Shown: positions 36,141 to 45,776 of the stretch, piece after piece
Position numbering within the stretch: the stretch's first letter is position 1
Layout: each line of letters begins with the position of its first letter
Assembly (NCBI GenBank): GCA_035510715.1
Contig: DATKGQ010000019.1
Span: 15,153-79,152, forward strand
Reading direction: 5' to 3'
From: Candidatus Saccharimonadales bacterium
GTDB lineage: Bacteria > Patescibacteriota > Saccharimonadia > Saccharimonadales > UBA4665
DNA: 64,000 nucleotides
The notes under the pieces: generated by a model
Told to the model about the DNA's origin: nothing
Database searches by the model: none
The model's input: only the letters and a program-made list of their open reading frames with translations
Made by a program: the position numbers and the translations under genes

Positions 36141-37358
36141 TTAATACACATAAATGTACGAGTCAGCGATATTAACCGGGATAGTACGGTAATCAACCCT
36201 GTCCCAACCGGTAGCATTCATCTCCGAAATATTGATACTGCCATCTGAGTTAACTGATTCGACGAACCCAACATGTCCTTCACCTTCCATACTAAGAACC
36301 ACTGCAGCATATTGCTGCGGCGTATTACCAGTGCTGAGACCAAAAGTGTGCGCCAGATAACCCCAGGACGAGGCATTACCAAGATCGTTGGGCAACGGCT
36401 TGCCGACCTGGATCCGGCGCATAGCAACCCAATAGGTGCAATAACCGTAGTCGTAGCCGTCGCCGCCATAAGTGGCTGCGCCGGCATTATAAAGATTGTA
36501 GGTTGGGAGGGTGACGACAACCGGTTCCTGGCCGTTGGGAATGACAATCTGTTCGCCGGTCGTCAAACCGCTCAGTTCGGCATCATTAAAGGAAATGATC
36601 TGGTCGGCGCTGGCACTGTAGGTCGAAGCCAGTTTCTGCGGTGTATCGCCAGCTTTGACCGTATAAACTATGCTGTTAATCGGCGGGATAACCAGTTTGG
36701 AGCCGACTTTAAGGCTGGTTCCGGATAAAGAGTTTGACCAGGTAATACTGTTAGCGGTAATACCGAATTTTACGGCCAGCGAGTTAATCGTATCACCCGT
36801 CTGGACTTCGTAAGTCTGAATATCACTGCGGCTTTTCAGGGCCGTGGCGACAACTTGCGGCTTGGCCACGACCACATTTTCGGCCGGCGTAATTGCCAAT
36901 TCGGCCTGGACAGTTTCGGATTGGTTGCGGACAGCCGTTTGTTCCGGTAAGTTGGCCATCACAGCAACAGTTTCGGCGATATCGGCTGAAGGCGTTTGAT
37001 CGAGCGGATTCACCGGATGGCTGTTAATGCCGGCGGTACTTAACGCGGCAGTTGTGATTTTCTGATTAGGCAACGTATTAAACCGCCAGATATAGATTAC
37101 AAGCAGTAAAATAACGACGTTTAAGGCCACCAACCCGTAGCGGACAGCTTTTTTGGGCACCAGCTCCGCCGGCCGGAAAAACCGGCGCCAGCTACTTTTA
37201 AAAGTATGCGTTTTGACTTTTACGATATTGCTTTGGATGACATCCGGTATTGTACGAATATTATCTCCTGGTGAACGATACTTCGATTGAAAAACCTTAT
37301 TATGTCTAAGCACTAGACTGGGTATGACGACAATAGGTTTAGCCTTTGAAGCCGTCAA
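36141..37358 (-). CDS. Membrane-anchored peptidoglycan hydrolase with 2x LysM and a C-terminal CHAP domain
   Basis: YEVQTGDTINSLAVKFGI and YTVKAGDTPQKLASTYS are LysM repeats. C-terminal GYCTYWV...GHVGFVESV fits the CHAP Cys/His pattern. TM segment near aa 75-95. The start codon is uncertain (TTG at 37358). Confidence 0.75.
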   Translation of the reverse strand: MTASKAKPIVVIPSLVLRHNKVFQSKYRSPGDNIRTIPDVIQSNIVKVKTHTFKSSWRRFFRPAELVPKKAVRYGLVALNVVILLLVIYIWRFNTLPNQKITTAALSTAGINSHPVNPLDQTPSADIAETVAVMANLPEQTAVRNQSETVQAELAITPAENVVVAKPQVVATALKSRSDIQTYEVQTGDTINSLAVKFGITANSITWSNSLSGTSLKVGSKLVIPPINSIVYTVKAGDTPQKLASTYSASADQIISFNDAELSGLTTGEQIVIPNGQEPVVVTLPTYNLYNAGAATYGGDGYDYGYCTYWVAMRRIQVGKPLPNDLGNASSWGYLAHTFGLSTGNTPQQYAAVVLSMEGEGHVGFVESVNSDGSINISEMNATGWDRVDYRTIPVNIADSYIYVY

Positions 37359-37433
37359 CCAACAATTATACCATGCAGCTTGGGCTGGCCACAGATGTCA
37401 TGCCTGTTTCTCAAGTAGTCTTTAACTTTCTTT

Positions 37434-38483
37434 TTACTGGCTGCACAGTTGATGACAATAGAGCGCCGTATTAGCTTGCTGCTGCTGGGCGGTCTGGGAA
37501 AAGTAGGTTGTGCCATTGTCACCGGTCACAAAATACAACCAAGCGGTGGCGGCAGGATGGGCGACAGCCTCCAGGGCCTGATCGGTGACTGTACTTATCG
37601 GCATCGGCGGCAAGCCGGTATGAATCAATGTGTTGTATGGTGAATCGTATGTCAAACTCGGCGGCAAGCCATTAATAATCGACCCGTAATAAGCCGTAAC
37701 ATCGCTGCCCAGCGGCATGCCGATGCCTAGTCTTTTCAGAAAAACCTGGGCGACTTGAGTCTGATCGCCTGGCTTGGAGACCTCGCTTTCAACCATTGAA
37801 GCCAGAATAACTCCCTGGTAGGTAGTCAGTCCTTCCTGCGTAAAGGCCGCCTGGAGAGCCGGCGTCAAATGCTTACCCATTTCGGTTAATGATTCCTGAA
37901 TTATAACTGACGGGTCAGTACTGGCAGCCTTCTGGAATGAGTCCGGATACAATAAGCCTTCCAGGCTGGCGCCAGGCGGTTTATCGGCCAGCGCCGGTAA
38001 ATTATCATACTGGTCCGGCTGCAGGGCTGAGTTAACGGATGCCGGTGAAAAACCGTCATTGATCAGGGTCGCTTTAACCTGGTCCAAACGCTGCCCGGGA
38101 ATAATTGTTACAAGCTTGGTAGCTACCTTACCCTTTGCTAAGATGCTGACTATCGATTGCGTAGTTTGATTGGAAGCCAATGCGTAGGTGCCAGCTTCCA
38201 GGTCAGTATTTACTGCAGTTGTCCGCACGTACCACTCAAACGCCCAACTGCTACGGATAAGGTTATCGTTATGCAGCAGGTCGGCTATCTGGTCGACTGA
38301 CATGCCGTTGGTGATATTTACTATTTTGCTTTGCGGCTGATTATTAACAGCTTTCAAGTCATCATTAAACCGGTGACGGACAATGATAATGGCTAGTATC
38401 AGAATGATGACAATAACTGAACAGATCATTAGGAACAGCTCCAGCCGTTGTCGGCGGCTTCTTTTGGTATAACGGTATTTCAT
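37434..38483 (-). CDS. mltG: Endolytic murein transglycosylase MltG (YceG-like)
   Basis: N-terminal TM segment. LEGLLYPDSF, ILASMVESE, NTLIHTGLPPMPIS are YceG-family motifs. Confidence 0.88.
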   Translation of the reverse strand: MKYRYTKRSRRQRLELFLMICSVIVIILILAIIIVRHRFNDDLKAVNNQPQSKIVNITNGMSVDQIADLLHNDNLIRSSWAFEWYVRTTAVNTDLEAGTYALASNQTTQSIVSILAKGKVATKLVTIIPGQRLDQVKATLINDGFSPASVNSALQPDQYDNLPALADKPPGASLEGLLYPDSFQKAASTDPSVIIQESLTEMGKHLTPALQAAFTQEGLTTYQGVILASMVESEVSKPGDQTQVAQVFLKRLGIGMPLGSDVTAYYGSIINGLPPSLTYDSPYNTLIHTGLPPMPISTVTDQALEAVAHPAATAWLYFVTGDNGTTYFSQTAQQQQANTALYCHQLCSQ

Positions 38484-38911
38484 GATGGTCCTATTTTAAG
38501 CTGATGCAGGAAATCATCCAAAATATATGTCGCCGCCAGAGCATCGATATCAGCCTTGGAGTACGGTTTACCCCGGGAAGAAAGCTCCGCTTCGGCTTGT
38601 TTGCTGGTCACAGCCTCGTCCTGTTTATATACCGGGATAGCAAAGTTCTTCTCCAACAAGTCAATAAAGTCTAAGGTATAGCGCGTTTGGTCAGTTTCCT
38701 GATGGTTTAATCCTCGCGGTACACCGACCACCAGGCCGACAGCATCATGCTGCTCAATAAGCTGGCTTAGCTGCTCAAAAATTGTCTCAGTATTTAGAAT
38801 AACAGATAGGGGTTGAGGCAGCCGGCTATCACTATGAGCGATTGCCACGCCGATCCGCTGTTTACCGATATCCAGCGCCAGATAGGTTTTATTGGCCTTC
38901 GGACTTGCCAT
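38480..38911 (-). CDS. ruvX: Holliday-junction-resolvase-like nuclease RuvX/YqgF
   Basis: YLALDIGKQRIGVAIA, VVGVPRGLN, DEAVTS are YqgF motifs. 4-nt overlap with mltG. Confidence 0.88.
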   Translation of the reverse strand: MASPKANKTYLALDIGKQRIGVAIAHSDSRLPQPLSVILNTETIFEQLSQLIEQHDAVGLVVGVPRGLNHQETDQTRYTLDFIDLLEKNFAIPVYKQDEAVTSKQAEAELSSRGKPYSKADIDALAATYILDDFLHQLKIGPS

Positions 38912-40669
38912 TCACGAGCTCTTTTTTATATCAATTGTAATCTTACTGGCGTTTTTGGGGGCAGTACTAACCCAGAACGGACTGTAATGGACATTCACGC
39001 TTGTGACGCCGGGATTAGCGCCGATAATAGTTCTGACCTCACCGGCCTTTTTCCCTTCAATTTGTTTCTTTAAGTTGGCCAGATTAAATTTAGGCCCGAT
39101 CGTAGCCGTTTCCGGGAAAGTGGCCTGGGCAGTGGTGGCCGCTTGGTTAACGATCGTGAAGTTCAAATTAGTCAGACCATAATTAATAATCGACTGATTG
39201 GCGGTATTAATTTGTTTGTTAATGGCACTATCGACGATTGTAGCCAAATAACTGCTTTTAACACCGAACATTGAGTAGGTGGTAGCCTCGGTAACAGTAA
39301 CCGAAGTAGCCTGGTCGCCGACATTGGCGCTTGTTGTAATAGTTGGTTGACCAGCTACGAATGAACCTGGGATAGTTAACAATTCGGCTTGTTGCAAACT
39401 GGTAGTAAGCGCTGATTTTATTGAAGAAGTATCGACTGAGCTTAATTGTTTTTCGGCATTATTAATGTCGGTCTGTGATACTACTTGGACGATATTGTCG
39501 GTACCGCCGCTGGCTGAGCCAGTAGCGGAGACGTCACTACGCCCGTTAACTTTAAAAGTACCACCTTGAATGTTGTATGCTGTTCCAGGATTTAGGGCAG
39601 CTATTTGGGTTGGGGCTGCTGAATATTCGAAACAATTATCAGCCTGGCTATATTTACCACCCTTAAATGTAGTAGTTTGTTGAGTAATATAAGTATACCC
39701 ATTCGCCGTAACTCCCGTACCTGCGGCGACAGGATTTGGCGCCTGTGTGGGTATAATTAAGCTTCCACAATTTTCATAGGCTGTCATTGAAATGCTGCCA
39801 TTAGCACTATTACCAGTATTCTTTTGTCCGGTTGTTGTCACCGATTGGGAAGTTGTTTTTGATGTTTGTTGGATCTGGGCCGGGACGGTCGAAGTACCGG
39901 TATTAACTGCGGTGGCCGTGGAATCAAGCGTTAGCGTAAAAGTATTATTTAGGCTGCTGGTCTTGGTATAAATGGTAACTGTCGCCTTGGGGAGAATCGA
40001 GTTGGCCAGTATAAAGCCGACCACCAGCACAATAATCAGCAGGAAACCAAGGATCAGCCGCACCCGGAATTTCTCAAAATTAGGTACTTTCAGTTTTTTA
40101 TCGGGTTTCTCGGACTTGGCTTCTTTTTCTTTATCTTCATCAGCCTCTTCTTCATCGCTATTGTCAATTTCGATCGCGGCATCTTCCGGAGCTGCTCTCG
40201 GAATTGGCAGGGGCGCCAGTTCCGGCATAATTTTTTTAGCTTCTTCAACCGGTTCTTTATCAGACAACCCGGCTAATACACCAATCGGCTGGTCGGCAGC
40301 CGACTTGGTATCAAAATCTTTGGCATCGTCTTCGCTGGCGTCAATATAATCATGACCCGTTGATCCCAAGTCTTCTTCCATACCTTCGGGTATTGCCGGT
40401 TTCGATTGCAGGGTCCTGGCGACATGCAATCCGGCTAAGCCGGCTAATGGCAGTAAACTGGTCTCAGAAGTAATTAAGACTACTTGTTTTTTGGCCGAGT
40501 CGGCAGCTTTTTTTAGTAATTTCATATTGACCGAACTCTGCAGCATAGTGGCACGCTTGGGCAATACTACGGCCACTAACTTGGATTCAGACGAGCTGAC
40601 TTTATCGATAATACTGGTTATCTCATCGTCAATGTCAATATAGACAGTGTCTTTTTGGGATGGTTTCAT
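38912..40669 (-). CDS. Bitopic membrane protein of unknown function, translationally coupled to ftsA
   Basis: 585 aa. About 95-aa N-terminal globular region, acidic linker, TM segment LILGFLLIIVLVVGFILA, and about 360-aa T/S/N/G-rich ectodomain. 4-nt overlap with the ftsA-like gene stop. Confidence 0.6.
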   Translation of the reverse strand: MKPSQKDTVYIDIDDEITSIIDKVSSSESKLVAVVLPKRATMLQSSVNMKLLKKAADSAKKQVVLITSETSLLPLAGLAGLHVARTLQSKPAIPEGMEEDLGSTGHDYIDASEDDAKDFDTKSAADQPIGVLAGLSDKEPVEEAKKIMPELAPLPIPRAAPEDAAIEIDNSDEEEADEDKEKEAKSEKPDKKLKVPNFEKFRVRLILGFLLIIVLVVGFILANSILPKATVTIYTKTSSLNNTFTLTLDSTATAVNTGTSTVPAQIQQTSKTTSQSVTTTGQKNTGNSANGSISMTAYENCGSLIIPTQAPNPVAAGTGVTANGYTYITQQTTTFKGGKYSQADNCFEYSAAPTQIAALNPGTAYNIQGGTFKVNGRSDVSATGSASGGTDNIVQVVSQTDINNAEKQLSSVDTSSIKSALTTSLQQAELLTIPGSFVAGQPTITTSANVGDQATSVTVTEATTYSMFGVKSSYLATIVDSAINKQINTANQSIINYGLTNLNFTIVNQAATTAQATFPETATIGPKFNLANLKKQIEGKKAGEVRTIIGANPGVTSVNVHYSPFWVSTAPKNASKITIDIKKSS

Positions 40670-42021
40670 ATCTTTAACATCCTGTCCAGTTTCTCGCGGA
40701 TGGAATCAGTCGGGGCATTACCGGCTTGTTGCAGAGTGTCAATACCGACTCTCAGCAACCCCATAGCCGTAATGAAAGTGTGGTCGGTAACATGGCCGGT
40801 TTTGTCAACAATGCCGACTACCTGGTCGGGTTGGATATGCTTGACAATCGGCTTTTTGGTAAACGGCAGTTCTTTATGCCACTGGGATTCCTGGAGTTCA
40901 TCCATCAGCATATCCAGGCTGGAGCCGCCGCCGCATAACAAAATGTGGTTGGGCAGGTGGTCGAGCCGGTTGAATTCGCCCAGCGCCAGTTCGACGCCGT
41001 CAATCCAGACGTCAAGAGTTTTTTGCAGGGCTTTCTCAACTTCCGGAATTTTACTCTGCGGCAAGTGATTCATGCCAAGGTCAAGCTTGTAATCTTCGGC
41101 TTGCCCAAACTCGACACCCAGATCCCGTTCAACCGAACGGGTATAGGCGCGGCCGCCGATACCGAACATTTTGGTGCCTTGGACGCCGCCTTCGTCAATT
41201 ACCGCGATATCCGTCGTACCGCCGCCGACATCCATCAGTATGGCGCTCATCGTGGCGTTAGGATCATTACCGATAACCGAGCGGGCCACGGCAAACGGTT
41301 CAGCGGCGATAGCCAGCAAATCAAGATCAAGTTCGTTGGCGGTTTTCTCCAGTGCGCCGAGATGAATCAGCGGCGCATAAGCCGTATAGAGCTGGACCAG
41401 CACCTCTTTGCCCTGGAAACCGATCGGGTTAGTGACTTTATAACTGTCAATATCAATACTGACGATAGCGCTGTTGACCAGCCGGACGCCAATATCTTTG
41501 CCGCCCAGTTCAATCATTACCTGCTGCTTGGCTGCCGCTTCGGCTCTTTCCTGGACGATATGAATAATACGTTCGACTTCGGCGATATCCATCGGTTTTT
41601 CGGAAACCTTGCGTCTGAAACGGACCGTGGTGGTTGTGCCCTTGACCAGTTCGCCGGCAATGCCGATGATCGCCGGACGGGCTGATACGCCGGCCTCAGT
41701 CTCAGCCTGATTGAGAGCTTTGTCGCAGTTTTCAACCACGCTGGCGATATCCGAAATCGCCCCGGCCTGCATGTCGCTCAAAGACTGGTGGGAGCGTCCG
41801 ACACCGATAATTTCAGCTTTGTCATTATCAACAATCTTGGCAATCAGCGCCTTGATAAATTCAGTGCCGATATCGAGCGCCACAATATACTGGTTCTTGT
41901 CCGATTTATTCTTGGAACGGATAGTATGTAACCCTTTATTGGCATTGGAAGCGGCTTGTCGGGCTCCTTTGGCAGTTTTATCGGCCAAAGATTTACCCAT
42001 TTTTTTAAATTTGGGAAGCAT
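40666..42021 (-). CDS. ftsA: Actin-like ATPase, FtsA-like cell division protein
   Basis: IVALDIGTEFIKALIA (phosphate 1), MDVGGGTTDIAVI (phosphate 2), LCGGGSSL (adenosine motif). 451 aa with a basic N-terminal extension. Confidence 0.7.
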   Translation of the reverse strand: MLPKFKKMGKSLADKTAKGARQAASNANKGLHTIRSKNKSDKNQYIVALDIGTEFIKALIAKIVDNDKAEIIGVGRSHQSLSDMQAGAISDIASVVENCDKALNQAETEAGVSARPAIIGIAGELVKGTTTTVRFRRKVSEKPMDIAEVERIIHIVQERAEAAAKQQVMIELGGKDIGVRLVNSAIVSIDIDSYKVTNPIGFQGKEVLVQLYTAYAPLIHLGALEKTANELDLDLLAIAAEPFAVARSVIGNDPNATMSAILMDVGGGTTDIAVIDEGGVQGTKMFGIGGRAYTRSVERDLGVEFGQAEDYKLDLGMNHLPQSKIPEVEKALQKTLDVWIDGVELALGEFNRLDHLPNHILLCGGGSSLDMLMDELQESQWHKELPFTKKPIVKHIQPDQVVGIVDKTGHVTDHTFITAMGLLRVGIDTLQQAGNAPTDSIREKLDRMLKI

Positions 42022-42057
42022 AATCCCTATGATTATAACACGCCCTACCCCCTAGAA

Positions 42058-43935
42058 TCACTGCAGGATGGCTTTAATCCGGCGGACGCCGGCGGACGAA
42101 CTTTCCTCTTTGATTATTTTAAACTGTTTACCGCCTTCGGCTAACTGGCCGGTATGTTCGACGTGCGGACCGCCGCATATCTCGCGTGAAAAATACTCGC
42201 CGCTGGGATCGCCGATGGTATAGACTTTAACCATTTCGCCGTAACGGTCGCCGAACGCCCCGGCCACACCGCTAGTCAGCGCCTGGGAGGTATTTTCCTC
42301 TTTCCAGCTGACAGGCAGATCTTTTCTAATTTGCTCATTAACTATTTCCTCAACCTGGCGGATTTGTTCCGGGGTCATTTTTTCGCCGTGAGAAAAATCA
42401 AAGCGCAACCGCTCAGCGGTAATATTACTGCCCCGCTGGACAACGTGGTCGCCAAGGACATTTTTCAGCGCCCGGTGCATTAGATGAGTGGCCGTATGGT
42501 ACTTGGTCGTAATTTCCGATTGGTCGGCTAGCCCTCCCTTAAATTCGCCTTTGGTGGCCGAACGGGAGCGCTCTTTTTGCAATTCCATCAATTCATCAAA
42601 CTTTTGCCGCCAGTCCGGATCCAGCTCAACGTTAGCCGTAAAAGCCTCTTCGACGCTCAGCTCAACCGGGAAACCGTAGGTATCATACAGCCGGAAAATT
42701 GTTTCACCGCTCAGCTTTTGGCCGGCCAATTTACTAAACTCCCGGACACCGGCCCGCAGTGTCTTGCGGAACAAATTCTCCTCATGATCGATAATATCAA
42801 TTACCGGCTGCTCAACCTCGGCCACTTCGGGCATATCCTCCCGGTACATATCGGTAATTACCGGCACGATTGATTTAGCCAGATCCTGTTCTATGCCAAG
42901 TTCAAAGGCAAACCGGACTGCCCGGCGGATTAACCGTCTCATGACGTAGCCTTGCTCCTTATTGCTGGGGACAACCTGGTCAATGGCCAGGAAAGTCGCC
43001 CCTCTGAGATGATCGGCAACGACGCGCATTGAACTGGTATGCGAGTCGTAATTCTTGCCGGAGATTTCTGCCAGTTTCTCAATGACCGGCCAAAGCAAAC
43101 TGCCCCTGTACATATCCGGCGAATCAATTACCGCGGCCGCCAGACGCTCCAGCCCGCCGCCGTAATCAACGTTCTTCTTAGGCAGTTTATCGAAACCGGC
43201 AGCAGTTTTTAAATACTCCATAAAGACCGAGTTGCCGATTTCGGCATAGCGCCCGCAGTCACAATTAGGATGGCATAATTCACCGTATTTTTTATCATGA
43301 ACGACATACGGGAATAGATAGAACACTTCGCTGTCCGGTCCGCCCGGTTCGCCGGCCGGCATTAAGTCGGCCCGGCCAGCCCGGCACCACCAGTTCTTAT
43401 CACCGTAAAAGAAAATCCGGCCGGCTTGTTCACCCACCCGGTAACCTTCTTCTGAACTGCCGATATCTACTTGTTTAGCCTCAATCCCGACACCCTTAAA
43501 TATTTCTTCCCAGATAGCCGCGCTTTCATTATCTTTTGGGATATTCTGGGCCTGGTTGCCGATAAAACAGCTGACATAAATCCGCTGGGGATCCAGACCG
43601 ATTACTTTAGTAAAGAATTCAAATATCGACGGCAGCTGATCCTGTTTAAAATAATCCCCGAGACTCCAATTGCCGAGCATTTCAAAAAAGGTCGTGTGAT
43701 GGTTGTCACCGACTTCTTCAATATCCTGGGCCCGTAAGCATATTTGGCTATCCACCAACCGAACACCAGCAGGATGCTCCTGGCCCAGCAAGTAAGGAAT
43801 CAGCGGCTGCATGCCGCTGCTGGTAAACAAGGTCGTCGGGTCATTCTGGGGGACCAGCAGGGCCCTCGGGATTTGGACGTGGTTTCTAGCCTTAAAAAAA
43901 TCGATATAGGCTTGCCGGATTTCTTGCGCTGTCAT
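42058..43935 (-). CDS. alaS: Alanine--tRNA ligase (compact, 625 aa)
   Basis: MTAQEIRQAYIDFFKARNHVQIP, FFEMLGNWSLGDYF (class II AlaRS core), editing-site HTATHLMH and CGGPHV motifs. It ends shortly after the editing domain. Confidence 0.9.
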   Translation of the reverse strand: MTAQEIRQAYIDFFKARNHVQIPRALLVPQNDPTTLFTSSGMQPLIPYLLGQEHPAGVRLVDSQICLRAQDIEEVGDNHHTTFFEMLGNWSLGDYFKQDQLPSIFEFFTKVIGLDPQRIYVSCFIGNQAQNIPKDNESAAIWEEIFKGVGIEAKQVDIGSSEEGYRVGEQAGRIFFYGDKNWWCRAGRADLMPAGEPGGPDSEVFYLFPYVVHDKKYGELCHPNCDCGRYAEIGNSVFMEYLKTAAGFDKLPKKNVDYGGGLERLAAAVIDSPDMYRGSLLWPVIEKLAEISGKNYDSHTSSMRVVADHLRGATFLAIDQVVPSNKEQGYVMRRLIRRAVRFAFELGIEQDLAKSIVPVITDMYREDMPEVAEVEQPVIDIIDHEENLFRKTLRAGVREFSKLAGQKLSGETIFRLYDTYGFPVELSVEEAFTANVELDPDWRQKFDELMELQKERSRSATKGEFKGGLADQSEITTKYHTATHLMHRALKNVLGDHVVQRGSNITAERLRFDFSHGEKMTPEQIRQVEEIVNEQIRKDLPVSWKEENTSQALTSGVAGAFGDRYGEMVKVYTIGDPSGEYFSREICGGPHVEHTGQLAEGGKQFKIIKEESSSAGVRRIKAILQ

Positions 43936-43972
43936 CAGAATCTATTGTAACAAAGGCACACTTTTTAATTAA

Positions 43973-45760
43973 CTATCTTTTTAGCATCACGGCAAAGGCT
44001 TCCGGCGGAATATCAACCTTGCCGAAACGTTTCAGCCGTTCCTTACCGCGCTTTTGTTTGGTCAGCAGTTTTATTCTTCTTGACACATCGCCGCCGTACA
44101 GCGAACCGGTCACGTCTTTGCGGTAAGCACTGATATCACCGCGGGCAATAAATTTACTGTTAATGGCTGCCTGTAAGCTGACCTGGAATTGTTGCCTGGG
44201 AATTACCTTCTTAAGTTTGTCAATGACTTGCCGGCCAACCGCGACTGCCTCGCTGCGGTGGACAATCATGCTCAGCACATCCAAGCGGTCGCCAGCCACG
44301 TAAAAGTCCAGCCTTACCAGTTCTTCCTGGCGGTAATCGTCAAGTTCGTAATTAAATGATCCGTAGCCGCTGGTTAAGCTTTTTAGTTGGTCATAGAAAT
44401 CAGTCAGCATATTGGCTAGTGGCGCGGTAAAGGTTATAACGCTCAGTTTGTCGTCGACATAGCTTAAGCTGCCGTGCTGCCCGCGCTTACTGGCGACCAG
44501 TTCCATGATGCTGCCGACATAGCTTTTAGGGCAGACAATTTCACCTTTAATCCATGGCTCCTTAATCGCCGTCACTTTGCTTTGATCGGGCATATCGGCT
44601 GCCGATTGAATTATAATTTCCTCGCCGCTAGTGAGCTGTACCCGGTAATCGGTTGACGGATTGGTAACCACCAGCGCTAAATCATATTCCCGCTCCAGCC
44701 GTTCACGGATAATCTCCAGATGCAGCAGTCCCAGAAAGCCAATCCTGAAACCATGGCCCAGCATTGGTGAACTTTCCGGTGTGAACTGGATGGCTGAATC
44801 ACTGAGGCTTAAGCGTTCCAGGCTGTCTTTCAGCGTCTGATACTGTTCATGGCTATCCGGAAAGAAGCCGGCGTAAACAAACGGTTTAACGTCCCGGTAA
44901 CCCGGCAAAGCCACAACTGACTCCTCGCTGGTTAGCGTTAAAGTATCGCCGACACTAGCTTCCCTGGCTGATTTAAAATTAGTCACGATGTAGCCGATTT
45001 CCCCGGCCACTAATCCCGCGGCCGGACACAATTGCGGCACTAACCGGCCGATTTCCAGCACTTGAGTCTGGCTGCCCGCCGACAGCAAACGGACATGATC
45101 ATGATGTTGGATACTGCCATCAACCAGCCGTAGATACAGAATAACACCCCTGTAATCATCATAATAACTGTCAAAAACCAACGCCCTAGCCGGCGAACGG
45201 CTATCGCCCCGCGGGCTGGGTATATCGGTAATCACTCTTTCCAGAACGGCTTCGATACCTTGGCCGGTTTTAGCGCTGACGGGCAATACCGATGACCGAT
45301 CGCATCCCAGCAGGCTGACAATTTCAGCCGTGACCGAAGCCTCGTCGGCGGCCGGCAGATCAATCTTATTAAGCACCGGAATAATGGTCAGATCGGCGGC
45401 TAAGGCTAAGTAAACATTGGCCAACGTCTGGGCCTGGATACCCTGCGAAGCATCAACCAGCAGCAGTGCCCCTTCACAGGCCGCCAAGCTCCGAGAAACT
45501 TCATACGAGAAATCGACATGGCCCGGCGTATCGATCAGATTAAGCTCGTAGCCATGATAGTTCATAGTAACCGGCGCTAATTTAATGGTTATACCTTTTT
45601 CGCGCTCTAAGTCCATCTGGTCCAGCATCTGTTCTTTCATCAGGCGATGCTCAACCGTACCGGTAATTTCCAACAGACGGTCGGCCAGGGTTGATTTACC
45701 ATGGTCAATATGGGCAATAATACAAAAATTACGGATTTTAGTCTGATCCATGACCTGCAT
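43973..45760 (-). CDS. lepA: Elongation factor 4
   Basis: IRNFCIIAHIDHGKSTLADRLLE, DTPGHVDF, NKIDL, and the conserved LepA C-terminal domain. Confidence 0.96.
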   Translation of the reverse strand: MQVMDQTKIRNFCIIAHIDHGKSTLADRLLEITGTVEHRLMKEQMLDQMDLEREKGITIKLAPVTMNYHGYELNLIDTPGHVDFSYEVSRSLAACEGALLLVDASQGIQAQTLANVYLALAADLTIIPVLNKIDLPAADEASVTAEIVSLLGCDRSSVLPVSAKTGQGIEAVLERVITDIPSPRGDSRSPARALVFDSYYDDYRGVILYLRLVDGSIQHHDHVRLLSAGSQTQVLEIGRLVPQLCPAAGLVAGEIGYIVTNFKSAREASVGDTLTLTSEESVVALPGYRDVKPFVYAGFFPDSHEQYQTLKDSLERLSLSDSAIQFTPESSPMLGHGFRIGFLGLLHLEIIRERLEREYDLALVVTNPSTDYRVQLTSGEEIIIQSAADMPDQSKVTAIKEPWIKGEIVCPKSYVGSIMELVASKRGQHGSLSYVDDKLSVITFTAPLANMLTDFYDQLKSLTSGYGSFNYELDDYRQEELVRLDFYVAGDRLDVLSMIVHRSEAVAVGRQVIDKLKKVIPRQQFQVSLQAAINSKFIARGDISAYRKDVTGSLYGGDVSRRIKLLTKQKRGKERLKRFGKVDIPPEAFAVMLKR

Positions 45761-45776
45761 TATAACAGTGGTCGGG

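Noticed and set aside
40945-41685. 246-aa plus-strand ORF inside the ftsA-like gene
   Set aside because: It is antisense to a gene with clear actin-fold motifs. Its product is R/G/A/D-rich low complexity, typical of shadow frames.
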